The translations under genes were made by a program, and so were the position numbers. From Anaerohalosphaeraceae bacterium (GTDB lineage Bacteria > Planctomycetota > Phycisphaerae > Sedimentisphaerales > Anaerohalosphaeraceae), in the NCBI GenBank assembly GCA_050309605.1, contig JBNRMN010000002.1, positions 1 to 64,000 of the forward strand: a stretch of DNA of 64,000 nucleotides, given 5' to 3'. Under the pieces are notes generated by a model. The model was not told the DNA's origin, ran no database searches, and saw nothing but the letters and a program-made list of their open reading frames with translations. This document shows positions 1 to 9,884 of this stretch, piece by piece (the first letter of the stretch is position 1; the number at the start of each line of letters is the position of its first letter).

Positions 1-151
1 CATAACGGCAGTCTCCTGTATAAAAGTGCTGTTTCCAACCCTTTTATCGGACAGATTGCCGTTTTTTGTTGAAATAATCACCATTTTCGTCCAAAATCCC
101 GATCAGAAAAGTCAGTCAACTTGAGTATTTAAAATTATTGTTTCTATTCAT

Positions 152-748
152 GTGTATGTTATTCTAATGGGAAGCTCTCATCTGAAAGCTCTTTCCAGGT
201 TTTTGTTCGCCGTTATTTTAATAAGTCTATTGGCTTATTTTGATGTTCCCAGAGTAATCGTCAGATCAGTTTTTCCTGTTGGAATTGCTTTAGGATCAAG
301 TATGGAGCCTACGATAAATAAAGGTGATTTCTTAATTGTAAATAGGGCTGCATACCTCTTCAGTTCACCCGAAAGAGGAGATATCGTTTCTATAAAATCA
401 TCTAAAGTAAAAGCACTGAATGGAACGGGTACTATTAACTCTTCGAAAAGGGTTGTTGCGATTGGCGGTGACAACGTCACGTTCACTAAAAGCGAATTAT
501 ATGTCAACGACGAAATTGTTGGCAAATCGAAATTGAATCATTCTGAAGTTCTCGATTTATCTGACATGCCGGAAGAAATCGAATGGAAAGCATCACCTTT
601 ACTTGAATCCATTATTGTTCCTCATAATTATATTTTTGTCTTGGGTGATAATTATGACAATAGCTATGATAGTCGTAAATTCGGAGTAATCTCCTTAGAT
701 ATAATCGATGGTAAAATTATAAAAATATTCGGAAAAGGCGATAATTGA
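152..748 (+). CDS. lepB: Signal peptidase I (S26 family)
   Basis: GSSMEPT catalytic Ser box, KRVVAIGGD Lys box, FVLGDNYDNSYDSRKFG box E; N-terminal TM; AT-rich. Confidence 0.9.
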   Translation: MYVILMGSSHLKALSRFLFAVILISLLAYFDVPRVIVRSVFPVGIALGSSMEPTINKGDFLIVNRAAYLFSSPERGDIVSIKSSKVKALNGTGTINSSKRVVAIGGDNVTFTKSELYVNDEIVGKSKLNHSEVLDLSDMPEEIEWKASPLLESIIVPHNYIFVLGDNYDNSYDSRKFGVISLDIIDGKIIKIFGKGDN

Positions 749-824
749 CGATAGTGGATGTCGCACTTAAAGATATATCAGGCGGTTCAATCGCCGATTT
801 TGCGTGATTGAATTGATCGAATGT

Positions 825-922
825 GCTCTTTGACAAAGAAATACATTTACAGACGGGATTGGATAATCCGGTGGCGATGGTGAGTGTCAGCGGCAACAGC
901 GCGGCAGCGCGAGCTGGCCGAT
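825..922 (+). repeat. 98-bp direct repeat, copy 1 (degenerate Rhs-core fragment plus GC hairpin)
   Basis: Matches 2799-2896 with 5 mismatches; encodes GLDNPVAM, resembling the Rhs GIDEPxxM motif. Confidence 0.85.
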
Positions 923-964
923 CAAGATGCGGAGATGCAGGTGAGATATTTAAGTCGGGGCATT

Positions 965-1013
965 ATCCGGCCGCTGGCGCGGCTCGGCTGTTGTTGATGC
1001 GTTCGGGGCGATT
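965..1013 (+). repeat. 49-bp direct repeat, copy 1 (Rhs GSxVxDxxGAIVE fragment)
   Basis: Matches 3056-3104 with 2 mismatches; in frame with the downstream Rhs core. Confidence 0.8.
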
Positions 1014-1610
1014 GTGGAAGGGTATGCGTATCTGGTGTTCGGCCAGCCGTATGTGATGACCGACGCGGGCGCCGACGGCAACTGGCTGACTGCGGACACG
1101 ACGACTTACACCGCCAGCGCCATCGGCAATCCGTATATGTTTACGGGGCGTCGGTGGGACAGCGCGGCGCAGTTGTACTACTACCGTTTCCGGGATTATG
1201 CGCCGCTGATCGGCCGCTTCTGCCAGACCGACCCGCTCGGCTATATCGACGGCATGAACCTCTACGCCTACGTCAACAACAACCCGCTGAACTGGCTTGA
1301 TCCGTGGGGGTTGTGTAAGGAGGATGAAGAGAATGGTGGTGGCTGGTGGCAAAATTTAAAAAATTGGTTTATAGGCCTTTGGGGAGCAAAAGATTATACT
1401 TTACCACCGGGTGTGAGTGAAGGTGTAGGGGTGGCTAAACTTGCACCCGACATCGGGAAATCCGTTCATGAGCAACATAAAAAAAATGCACGTATTAATG
1501 ATGCCTTAGATTTTGCTGAAGAAATGGGCTTGGGGGGGGATGGTTCACGTTTAGGGACAGATTATGAAATCGATCCTGACACAGGGAGACCTCGACGAAA
1601 AAGTCAGTAG
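1014..1610 (+). CDS. Orphan Rhs repeat-associated core plus unknown C-terminal toxin (N-terminally truncated)
   Basis: NPYMFTGRRWD, LYYYRFRDYAPLIGRFCQTDPLG, YAYVNNNPLNWLDPWGL (DPxGL); GC drops immediately after DPWGL. Confidence 0.9.
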   Translation: MEGYAYLVFGQPYVMTDAGADGNWLTADTTTYTASAIGNPYMFTGRRWDSAAQLYYYRFRDYAPLIGRFCQTDPLGYIDGMNLYAYVNNNPLNWLDPWGLCKEDEENGGGWWQNLKNWFIGLWGAKDYTLPPGVSEGVGVAKLAPDIGKSVHEQHKKNARINDALDFAEEMGLGGDGSRLGTDYEIDPDTGRPRRKSQ

Positions 1611-1674
1611 GGGCTATGACGTTTTGGTAGAGAGATTTATTTTGTTTTTGGTTAAAACAACAAGGAGAAGTAGA

Positions 1675-2259
1675 ATGCGGCATACTTTAAGAAATATTTG
1701 CCTGATACTGTTGGGGGTTGTGGTCGGCGTCGTCGGAATGTTGATACTTGCGTTAGATTCTGTCAAGAGATCTGGAGGCAGAGAGTTGCTGATGCCGAAA
1801 CTCTGCGGCGACTTGAGAATTTATAAAGTTCCGGCGCCCGATAAATCGCTTTCCGAAAAAAGCGGCATCCACCGGACTGTTGTAATTGAAAAAGACGGGA
1901 CACACTTTCTCATGATACACCAAGATTCTTCAGATATTTCTAAGGAAATGGTTTTTTTTAATGACAAAGGAGTTGATATTTTTCGGGTTTCATTAGATGA
2001 AAGATATAGAAAGAAAATGCGAAGTGGATTGACCTTTGGGCTTCTTGATACAGAACCTGTTCCAAATTTGGAAAGATACTATGATTTTAATCTCGATGGT
2101 GTTTTCGATTTGGTTATTCGTTTTAATGAATATAGTATGATAGAAGACATTTCCGCAAAAATCGATTACAAGTGGAAATCGGTTGATGCATTTGATGCTG
2201 AAAAGCAGATTTTTGAGATAGAAGGAAAAGACTATACAATAGACTATTGGGTAGATTAG
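1675..2259 (+). CDS. Hypothetical membrane-anchored protein, candidate Rhs immunity protein
   Basis: AGGAG RBS before ATG 1675; N-terminal TM; AT-rich; directly downstream of the Rhs-CT. Confidence 0.55.
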   Translation: MRHTLRNICLILLGVVVGVVGMLILALDSVKRSGGRELLMPKLCGDLRIYKVPAPDKSLSEKSGIHRTVVIEKDGTHFLMIHQDSSDISKEMVFFNDKGVDIFRVSLDERYRKKMRSGLTFGLLDTEPVPNLERYYDFNLDGVFDLVIRFNEYSMIEDISAKIDYKWKSVDAFDAEKQIFEIEGKDYTIDYWVD

Positions 2260-2333
2260 ATGTTGACTCTTGTACAAAGAAGTATCTGGCAGTTTAGCCG
2301 AGACTGTAGCATAGTTACTTTACGAGGCAATGT

Positions 2334-2768
2334 TTGGACCATGCCCGGGAGCGGATTGCAATGTCCCAAAAGTCTGGAGTAGTTGACATGATAAAAAAAA
2401 GTTTTACGAAGGGAGTTTTGCTGGGCATTGAAATACTTTCTTTCGTGTTTTTCTTACAGGGAAATTTGACCTTGGCTGGGGCGGGTTTTATTGTCGCAGG
2501 AATTTGGGCGGCAGCGACTGGGCTTAATGGCGCTGATGTACAAATTTTGCTTGGGATTCTCGTGTTTCAAATTGCCTCTCAAAATCGTTTTCTATTTATC
2601 ATAACATGCTTTCTTTTGATTTTTGTAGCAATTTATTATATGATTCAACTACACCAAATCCGTAAAATTTATGGTAAAGAAATTGACAAAGATAAGTGGT
2701 TTAAGCTTTTTTACGAAAAACAATTGGTCAACGTATTGTTGAGAAAGCTTAAAAGAATACAAAAATAA
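2334..2768 (+). CDS. Hypothetical multi-TM protein, possible orphan immunity protein
   Basis: About 4 hydrophobic segments; AT-rich; start codon uncertain. Confidence 0.5.
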   Translation: MDHARERIAMSQKSGVVDMIKKSFTKGVLLGIEILSFVFFLQGNLTLAGAGFIVAGIWAAATGLNGADVQILLGILVFQIASQNRFLFIITCFLLIFVAIYYMIQLHQIRKIYGKEIDKDKWFKLFYEKQLVNVLLRKLKRIQK

Positions 2769-2798
2769 GGTGGCATATTGTTTTCGAATATGTGAATG

Positions 2799-2896
2799 GC
2801 TCTTTGGCAAGGAAATACATTTACAGGCGGGATTGGATAATCCGGTGGCGATGGTGAATTTCAGCGGCAACAGCGCGGCAGCGCGAGCTGGCCGAT
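2799..2896 (+). repeat. 98-bp direct repeat, copy 2
   Basis: Matches 825-922. Confidence 0.85.
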
Positions 2897-3055
2897 GATT
2901 ACTCGCTGTGTGGGGTATTGTCCCTTGGCAGGAAAAGAGCGGCATCCGGATTTAGGCGCTGATGTCAATTTCAGAGATCAGATTTCAGATTTCAAAATAT
3001 GCGGCACAGGGAGGTTTGTTTTGCAGGAGGTCTCCCTGTGCGGCGGGAGAGTGTC

Positions 3056-3104
3056 ATCCGGCCGCTGGCGCGGCTCGGCTGTTGTTGATGCGAGCGGGGC
3101 GATT
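3056..3104 (+). repeat. 49-bp direct repeat, copy 2 (Rhs scar with no downstream core)
   Basis: Matches 965-1013. Confidence 0.8.
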
Positions 3105-3168
3105 TCGGAAGCCAGAAGTCAGATGTCAGATTTCGGACTTCAGATTTCGTCTCGTCTCGGCTGTTGGG

Positions 3169-4329
3169 TTAGTGGGCCATGACGCTGGAGATGCGGAAGA
3201 CGGGCAGCAGCAGGGCGATGGCGATTGTGCCGATGATCAGGCCCATGAGGGTAATCATCAGCGGCTCGATGAGGGCAGTGGCGGTGCGGATGGAGTTTTG
3301 GAGCTGTTTTTCGAGAAAGACCGAGATGCGGTCGCAGGCAAAACCGAGTTTTCCGCTTTTTTCACCGGCGCGAAGCATTTGGATGATGCCGGGGGCAATC
3401 AGCGAGCCGTAGGGGGCCATCAGCAGGGCATCGGAGAACTGGCAGCCGTCGCGGATTTTGGCGTCGGCGTGTTTCCAGAGGGTTTTGAAGTAGTAGTTAT
3501 CGCAGGACATTCGCATCACTTCAAGGGCATCGAGCAGATTGACGCCGGTGTTGACCATGGTGGCCAGGATGCGCATACTGCGTGTCAGGACGGCGTCGAT
3601 GAACATCGGGCCGAAGATGGGGGTGCGAATTTTAATCCAGTCGAGTGCCTTTTGGCCGGATTCGGTTTTTTTCCAGGAACTGACGCCCCAGAAGCCGAGT
3701 GTGCCGACGGTGACGGCAACGGCCAGAAATTCGGGATTGGCCAGCAGGTTGCTGCAATTGACCAGCAGACGGGTCAGGGTCGGCAGGGCGGCGCCGCGGG
3801 ATTCGTAGATTTTGGTAAATCGCGGCAGGACGAAAAACATCAGCGATCCGGTGGCGGCCACGGCCATCAGCAGCATAATCACCGGATAGATCATTGCGCC
3901 TTTGACCTGTTTTCGGGTTTCGGCGTCGGCGTTCTGGTAGCTGCTGAGGACGTCGAGCATATGGCCCATTTTGCCGGTGGCTTCGGAGGCTTTGACCATA
4001 CTGATGAACATGGCGTTGAAGACTCTGGGATAGACCGAGAGGGCGGCTGAGAAACTTTCGCCGTTTTTGATTCGCATGGCCACATCGCACAGGACATCGC
4101 GAAAGACGCCGGGGCGCATCTGTGCCGAGACGGCTTCCATCGCATCGGTCAGAACGACGCCGCTGTCAAGCATCACCGACAACTGGGTGGTGAACATGAT
4201 CACTTCACTTTGACGTACACGCACGTCTGAAACGACAGGGCCGGGTGCCGCAGGACAGCGGTCGCCGGCGGGCGGGGCGCTGCGCCGAGGGGCGATGGCG
4301 GCGGTTTTTTCAAGTGTCGTGGTGCTCAT
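3169..4329 (-). CDS. pilC: Type II secretion system F / PilC platform protein
   Basis: FTTQLSVMLDSGV, AMIYP, AGEKSGKL, LIEPLMI; two T2SSF repeats. Confidence 0.92.
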   Translation of the reverse strand: MSTTTLEKTAAIAPRRSAPPAGDRCPAAPGPVVSDVRVRQSEVIMFTTQLSVMLDSGVVLTDAMEAVSAQMRPGVFRDVLCDVAMRIKNGESFSAALSVYPRVFNAMFISMVKASEATGKMGHMLDVLSSYQNADAETRKQVKGAMIYPVIMLLMAVAATGSLMFFVLPRFTKIYESRGAALPTLTRLLVNCSNLLANPEFLAVAVTVGTLGFWGVSSWKKTESGQKALDWIKIRTPIFGPMFIDAVLTRSMRILATMVNTGVNLLDALEVMRMSCDNYYFKTLWKHADAKIRDGCQFSDALLMAPYGSLIAPGIIQMLRAGEKSGKLGFACDRISVFLEKQLQNSIRTATALIEPLMITLMGLIIGTIAIALLLPVFRISSVMAH

Positions 4330-6053
4330 ACGGCCTCCTCATTGACGGCTGCAACCCGCAGGATTTCGTCGATGGTGGTGATGCCGGCGGCGACCTTTTG
4401 CAGGCCGTCCAGATGCAGCGGCACCATGCCGTTTTCGAGGGCGGCTGCACGCAGGGTCTTTAGCGGGACAGAGTGGGTGATCCTATCCAGTATTTTGTCA
4501 TCCGGCACGAACAGTTCGTGGACGGCGATGCGGCCGCTGTAGCCGGTGTTGCGGCATTTTTTGCAGCCGATGCCGCGGAAGAAGGTCGGCGTTTGGCCGG
4601 TCCATTTTTCGACAAGGCGGCGTATGCTGTGGGACGGTTCGTAGGCGTCTTTGCAGTTGGGGCATATTTTGCGTACGAGCCGCTGGCTGAGGGCGGCGAT
4701 CAGCGAGGCGCTGACCAGATACGGGGCCACGCCCAGATCAATCAGACGGGTTACGGCGCCGGGGGCGTCGTTGGTGTGCAGGGTCGAGAGCACCAGGTGG
4801 CCGGTCAGGGCGGCCTGGACGGCGATGTTGGCGGTTTCACGGTCTCGGATTTCGCCGACCATAATAATGTCGGGGTCCTGCCGCAGAAGACTGCGCAGGG
4901 CCGAGGCGAAGTTGAAACCGGCGCCGTCGTGGACTTCGAATTGATTGATGCCGTGGATGTTGCACTCGACGGGATCTTCAACGGTACAGATGTTGACCTG
5001 TTCGCTGTTCAGTTCGTTCAGGGCGGCATAGAGGGTGGTGTTTTTACCCGATCCGGTCGGGCCGGTAACCAGTACGATGCCATTGGGATGGCTGATGACC
5101 TTTTTGAATTGTGTCAGATGATCGTAGCTGAAGCCCAGTGCCTCGAGGTTGTTGAGCATTTTGCGAAAATCAATGACGCGGATGACGACTTTTTCGCCAT
5201 ATGTGCCGGGCATGACCGAGACGCGCAGGTCAATGGGGCGCGACTGGACGAGGACGTGGATGCTGCCGTCCTGCGGGAGACGGCGCTGGGCGATGTCCAG
5301 GTCGGCCATGATTTTGACGCGCGAGACAATCGCGGCGTGCATCTGCCAGGGCGGGTGCATTTTTTCGTACAGACGGCCATCGACGCGATAGCGGACGCGG
5401 AGGACTTTTTCGTCCGGTTCGATGTGGATGTCGCTGGCGTTTTCGTGGACGGCGCTGTAGATGATGTAGTTGACCAGTTTGACGACGGGGGACTGGCCGG
5501 CGACTTCTTCCAGATCGGTGATGTCTTCGGGCAGATTCTCGATCATCGAGAAGTTTTCCAGCGCCGCATCGTCAATGATTTCGTCAATGACAAAGACATT
5601 GGCCGCGGGCAGATAGGTCTGGAGCGTGGCGCGGATGTCTTTGGCGGTGGCGCAGACGATCTGGACGCGGCAGTCGGTCAGGCGTCTGATTTCGTCGATG
5701 ACGAAGACGTTGGCCGGTTCGCTGAGGGCGACGGTCAGGGTGTCAAAGACCTTGAACATCGGCAAGGCAATGTGTTCTTCAAGAAAATCGCGCGGCAGCA
5801 GTTCGACGGCATCCGGATCGCACAGGCGGGGGTTCATCTGAGCATAGGGCAGGCCGTAGGCCTCGGCCAGGGCGGCGGCGATCTGGTTATCAGAACAGAA
5901 CCCCAGCTCGACGAGTAATTCGCCCAGCAGGCGATTGTGGCCCTGGTCGCGCTGTTTGGCCAGGGCCTGATCGATCTGCTCCTGCGAGACCACGCCGCGG
6001 TTGAGCAGGACCTGCCCCAGCGGCAGTTTTGTATGTACGGGCGACTGTGTCAT
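4326..6053 (-). CDS. pilB: GspE/PilB assembly ATPase with N-terminal MshEN-like domain
   Basis: ASDIHIEP, Walker A GPTGSGKNTT, TVEDPVE, LRQDPDIIMVGEIRD, AALTGHLVLSTLH, tetracysteine motif. Confidence 0.93.
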   Translation of the reverse strand: MTQSPVHTKLPLGQVLLNRGVVSQEQIDQALAKQRDQGHNRLLGELLVELGFCSDNQIAAALAEAYGLPYAQMNPRLCDPDAVELLPRDFLEEHIALPMFKVFDTLTVALSEPANVFVIDEIRRLTDCRVQIVCATAKDIRATLQTYLPAANVFVIDEIIDDAALENFSMIENLPEDITDLEEVAGQSPVVKLVNYIIYSAVHENASDIHIEPDEKVLRVRYRVDGRLYEKMHPPWQMHAAIVSRVKIMADLDIAQRRLPQDGSIHVLVQSRPIDLRVSVMPGTYGEKVVIRVIDFRKMLNNLEALGFSYDHLTQFKKVISHPNGIVLVTGPTGSGKNTTLYAALNELNSEQVNICTVEDPVECNIHGINQFEVHDGAGFNFASALRSLLRQDPDIIMVGEIRDRETANIAVQAALTGHLVLSTLHTNDAPGAVTRLIDLGVAPYLVSASLIAALSQRLVRKICPNCKDAYEPSHSIRRLVEKWTGQTPTFFRGIGCKKCRNTGYSGRIAVHELFVPDDKILDRITHSVPLKTLRAAALENGMVPLHLDGLQKVAAGITTIDEILRVAAVNEEAV

Positions 6054-6074
6054 ATCTTCTTTATGTGCTGCGCA

Positions 6075-6410
6075 TTATGCAAAGCTTTTGACCGCTTCGG
6101 TCAGTTCACTGTAGGTATCGAACTGCGGCAGCAGCCGCGTGACTTCCAGAATTTTGGAACAGGTTTCGTCCAGTCCGGCCAGTTTGAGCGGCCGCAGCCG
6201 GTCGCGGCATTGTTCGTTCAGTTCGATCAGTTGTTCCAGCGCTCGGCTGTCCAGTTGGACGACTTTGCTCATATCGAGGACGATACCGGAAATGTGCGAG
6301 ACAAAGGCGCCGGAGACAATGTCCTCAAACGATTTGACCGCTTCGGCGGTAAACTCGCCCTGAAGCTGGATGACCGTGATGTCGTTGTAATTTTGGGTTT
6401 CGATTCTCAT
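6075..6410 (-). CDS. STAS domain anti-sigma-factor antagonist
   Basis: 111 aa; IVLDMSKVVQLDSRALEQL is a STAS signature with the phosphorylatable Ser. Confidence 0.85.
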   Translation of the reverse strand: MRIETQNYNDITVIQLQGEFTAEAVKSFEDIVSGAFVSHISGIVLDMSKVVQLDSRALEQLIELNEQCRDRLRPLKLAGLDETCSKILEVTRLLPQFDTYSELTEAVKSFA

Positions 6411-8035
6411 CGTATCAACGCTCCCACGGCTTCGATGCCGTATTCGTCGAAATTACTGAAATCCCAGCTTTCAATGAATCCGTCCTGGATGATATGCCAG
6501 AGTTTGTCGATGTCGCTGTTGAGAAATGCACGGGCCGCGTCGCCGTCAAACTGGGTGCCGATGCCTTTTTCGATCTCGGTCAGCGCGCGTCGAATGCTCA
6601 TCGCGTCGCGATAGACTCGTTTGGAGGTCATGGCGTCGAAGGCGTCGGCCAGGCTGATGATTTTGCCGATCAGCGGGATTTGATCGCCGGCCAGTCCCCG
6701 GGGATAGCCTTTGCCGTCGATGCGTTCGTGGTGGCACAAGACGCCGGGGACAATGTCGTCCATTTGGCGGATTTCAGACAGGATGGCCGCCCCGATGCGC
6801 GGATGGGCGCAGATGGCGGCGCGTTCATCGTCGCTTAATCTTCCGCGTTTGCGCAGGACGGCTTCGCTGACGCCGATTTTTCCGATATCATGCAGCAGGC
6901 CGGCCAGATATATATGATGGATGTCTTTTTCGCTGATCGGATGGGTCTGCGCCATGCGTTCGGCGATCCAGCGTGAGATGAAGGCCACACGTTCGGAATG
7001 GCCGCGGGTGTATTGGTCTTTGGCGTCGATGCTGTTGGTCAGGGCCTTGAGCGAGCCGGCGAACAGCTCTTTGAGTTCGTCAAAGAGGCGGTTGTTCTCG
7101 ATGAAGACCATACATTGATTGGCCACGGAGTTGAACAGTTTGATGTCGGTGCTGTCAAAATCGAGCTTGTTTTGGACATTGGTGGCGACCAGCATGCCGA
7201 GCATGCGATCTTTATCGCCCAGTGGTACGGCGATGATGTTGCTGATTCCCTGCGGCCAGGTGTATCGGAACGGTCCGTCAACGGCGCTGTCCAGCAGGGC
7301 GTCTCTGCCGCGCGCCAGTTCGGAGATCAACTGCATTTGCAGCAGATCGGCTTTGGCCGGTTCGATCTGCATAACGCCGGCGCCGGCGGTGAGGGTTAAT
7401 TGTTTGCGTCCGTCCTGTTTTTTTTCGAGGAACAGCCCGATTCCCTCGACCTGCACCAATTGGGTCAGCTCGTCGCAGGCCATCTGAAGATAGGCCGGAA
7501 TCGATTGGGTGACCTTCATATGGGTGCTGAGGTTGTACAAGAGAATGATTTCTTCATACGCCTGAGACAGTTCATCGCTGATTTTTTCAATCTGTCCCAT
7601 GACACGTTGAGATTTGGTAAATGCGTCGGCGAATTCTTCAAGGATCCAGGTCAGGTACATCTGTTCTCGCCGCCGTGAATCACTGTCATGGATTTGGCGT
7701 GGGGGCTGAATGATCAGGACGGCCTGCGGTCGGGCCTCGGCGGTCAGAACACATGCCAGGGCCGCCGCATCCGGCCCGCAAGGCGCCACCGGCCGGCCGC
7801 TTTCGGCGGTATATTCGAGGGCTTGCGGGACGTATAAGCCGCCTTGCCGCGCGGCGTCTTCGTCGGCGGCGTACAGGAGGGTCCCTTCGGCGCCGAAGAC
7901 GCTCCATTGACAGCCCAGTTGTTCGAGCCGGTCGGCCAGATCGCTTAGACCGGGGATGTACGAAGCGGCCGCCGCCTCGGCGGGTCGCGGCTGAATTACA
8001 TTGTGGGTCGCGTCATTCATAAGACAGATCATCAA
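6407..8035 (-). CDS. GAF + HD-GYP cyclic di-GMP phosphodiesterase
   Basis: TRGHSERVA, LLHDIGKIG, HHERIDGKGYPRGL, ADAFDAMTSKRVYR. Confidence 0.92.
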   Translation of the reverse strand: MMICLMNDATHNVIQPRPAEAAAASYIPGLSDLADRLEQLGCQWSVFGAEGTLLYAADEDAARQGGLYVPQALEYTAESGRPVAPCGPDAAALACVLTAEARPQAVLIIQPPRQIHDSDSRRREQMYLTWILEEFADAFTKSQRVMGQIEKISDELSQAYEEIILLYNLSTHMKVTQSIPAYLQMACDELTQLVQVEGIGLFLEKKQDGRKQLTLTAGAGVMQIEPAKADLLQMQLISELARGRDALLDSAVDGPFRYTWPQGISNIIAVPLGDKDRMLGMLVATNVQNKLDFDSTDIKLFNSVANQCMVFIENNRLFDELKELFAGSLKALTNSIDAKDQYTRGHSERVAFISRWIAERMAQTHPISEKDIHHIYLAGLLHDIGKIGVSEAVLRKRGRLSDDERAAICAHPRIGAAILSEIRQMDDIVPGVLCHHERIDGKGYPRGLAGDQIPLIGKIISLADAFDAMTSKRVYRDAMSIRRALTEIEKGIGTQFDGDAARAFLNSDIDKLWHIIQDGFIESWDFSNFDEYGIEAVGALIR

Positions 8036-8421
8036 GCCTGGACGGCGGGGTTGTGACTTAGGACATTCTCAACGGTTTGAAGGACTTCGCGCGGGCTGAA
8101 GGGTTTGCTCAGACAGTCGGCGATGGACAGGCGCTGCTGCTGTTCCTGGTCGATGGAGAAGTTGCGCGCCGTGAGCATCACGACCGGCGTTGAGCGGATG
8201 TCGGGATCGGCACGAAGCTGTTCAATGAGTTCAATGCCGCCCATGACGGGCATTTGGTAGTCGGTGATTACGATATCCGGTTTGTGTTCGCGGGCCATTT
8301 GCAGGGCCTGCGCACCGTTTTCAGCGGTCAGGACATCAAAGCCGTTGTTGCGCAGCTTGATGGCGACGACCTGGACGATGTGAAATTCATCGTCAACGAC
8401 GAGGGCTTTGCGTTGGGTCAT
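8032..8421 (-). CDS. Single-domain response regulator (CheY-like)
   Basis: LVVDDE, ITDYQMP, LTA, KPF motifs. Confidence 0.93.
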   Translation of the reverse strand: MTQRKALVVDDEFHIVQVVAIKLRNNGFDVLTAENGAQALQMAREHKPDIVITDYQMPVMGGIELIEQLRADPDIRSTPVVMLTARNFSIDQEQQQRLSIADCLSKPFSPREVLQTVENVLSHNPAVQA

Positions 8422-8463
8422 TGGATTCTCCTCGATTCAATCTGCATTCGATCAGTTCACCGT

Positions 8464-9819
8464 TTATGCCGGCAGTCCCGCCGGTTCGGCGGCCAGCGGC
8501 AGTTCGATGCCGAAGGTGCTTCCTTTGCCGACGGTACTGGTCACAAAGACCCGTCCGCCGTGTACTGTTTCGACAATTTGTTTGACCAGGTTAAGTCCCA
8601 ATCCGGTGCCTTTGGCGCATTTGTTGTTGGCCTGGACCCGATAAAATTTGTCAAAGATGTGTTCCAGGTCTTCCGGCGGGATACCGACGCCCGTATCGGC
8701 GATGGTCACGGTGATGCAGTTGTCCGATTCGTTGACCTCTGAGCGGACGGTGATCGTTCCGCCGGCGGGCGTGTATTTGACGGCGTTGCTGAGCAGGTTG
8801 ACGATGACCTGTGAGAGCATATCATGGTCGATATAGACCTGATCATAGAGGATGGGGGCCTGGGTGTTGAGCGTGATGTTTTTTTCATGGGCGTAGCTCT
8901 TGATCATTTCGGCCGCGTCGCGGATGATCAGAGCCATGCTGTGGTTGGCTTTTTGGATTTTGACCAGGCCGGATTCGATGCGGGAGATGTTCAGGATGTC
9001 TTCGATCAGCCGGGTCAGACGTTGGGCCTGGCTTTGAATGACGCCGCAGAAGTTCGCCAGTGTTTCGGCGTCCTGCGCCTCGCCGTCCACGAGCATTTCG
9101 GCGTAGGCGTTGATGGAGGCCAGGGGCGTTTTCAGTTCGTGTGAGACGTGGCTGACGAAATCGTTTTTCATTTGGGCGATTTCTTTTTCGCGGGTGATGT
9201 CGTGCAGCACGGCCACGACGGCGCTGTTGTGGTCGGCGTCGTCTTCGGTACAGGACAGCACGGCATCAAAGACCGCCTCTCGACCGTCCTGCGGAAGGGC
9301 GATTTCGTGGCGGACATGGGCGATGCGGCCGGTTCGGCTTTTTTGAATGAGCGCAAGCAGGGCGTCTGTACCGAGGATTTCAGCGGCTAACACGGCGGCG
9401 TCAGGGTCGAAGTGAAAGCCAAAGAGCCGTTCGGCGGCGCGATTGGCCAGAATGATCCGGTCGCGGTCGTCGGTGACGAGCACGGCGTCGCGAATGCTGT
9501 TGAGGATGGCCTCGACGCTGTTTTTTCGGCGATTGATGAGCTGGACCTTCAATTTCATATCGGCCAGTTGCCGCTGGGCATCGTTCAGTTTGTCGTCCAG
9601 GTCGGCGGTGTGGTGTTGGCGTTCGGTCAGCTGGTGCCGGCTGCTGTGTTGTTGTGCGCGAGCCAGTATTGCCAGCCCGGCCACAGCCATGGCCGTCAGC
9701 GCCGCGGCCGGCAGGGCGGCTGCGGCCGGATGCGACAGCCCCGCCGATACGGCGGCCAGTCCGGCGCCGGTCAGTCCGAGGGCGATTAGCCCGCCGTATT
9801 TGAATTGCTCGTTACGCAT
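8464..9819 (-). CDS. PAS sensor histidine kinase
   Basis: H box SHELKTPL, N box NLLSNAVKY, G boxes DTGVGI and GTGLGL; N-terminal TMs. Confidence 0.93.
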   Translation of the reverse strand: MRNEQFKYGGLIALGLTGAGLAAVSAGLSHPAAAALPAAALTAMAVAGLAILARAQQHSSRHQLTERQHHTADLDDKLNDAQRQLADMKLKVQLINRRKNSVEAILNSIRDAVLVTDDRDRIILANRAAERLFGFHFDPDAAVLAAEILGTDALLALIQKSRTGRIAHVRHEIALPQDGREAVFDAVLSCTEDDADHNSAVVAVLHDITREKEIAQMKNDFVSHVSHELKTPLASINAYAEMLVDGEAQDAETLANFCGVIQSQAQRLTRLIEDILNISRIESGLVKIQKANHSMALIIRDAAEMIKSYAHEKNITLNTQAPILYDQVYIDHDMLSQVIVNLLSNAVKYTPAGGTITVRSEVNESDNCITVTIADTGVGIPPEDLEHIFDKFYRVQANNKCAKGTGLGLNLVKQIVETVHGGRVFVTSTVGKGSTFGIELPLAAEPAGLPA

Positions 9820-9884
9820 ACGCCTGATACTTCATTTACACGCTGTATCACTTTGCTTTTGCCGTCTGATCATCCCGACGGTGT

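Noticed and set aside
825..3104. Diversity-generating retroelement TR/VR pair
   Set aside because: No reverse transcriptase is present, and the repeats lie in Rhs scars rather than at the 3' end of a target gene.
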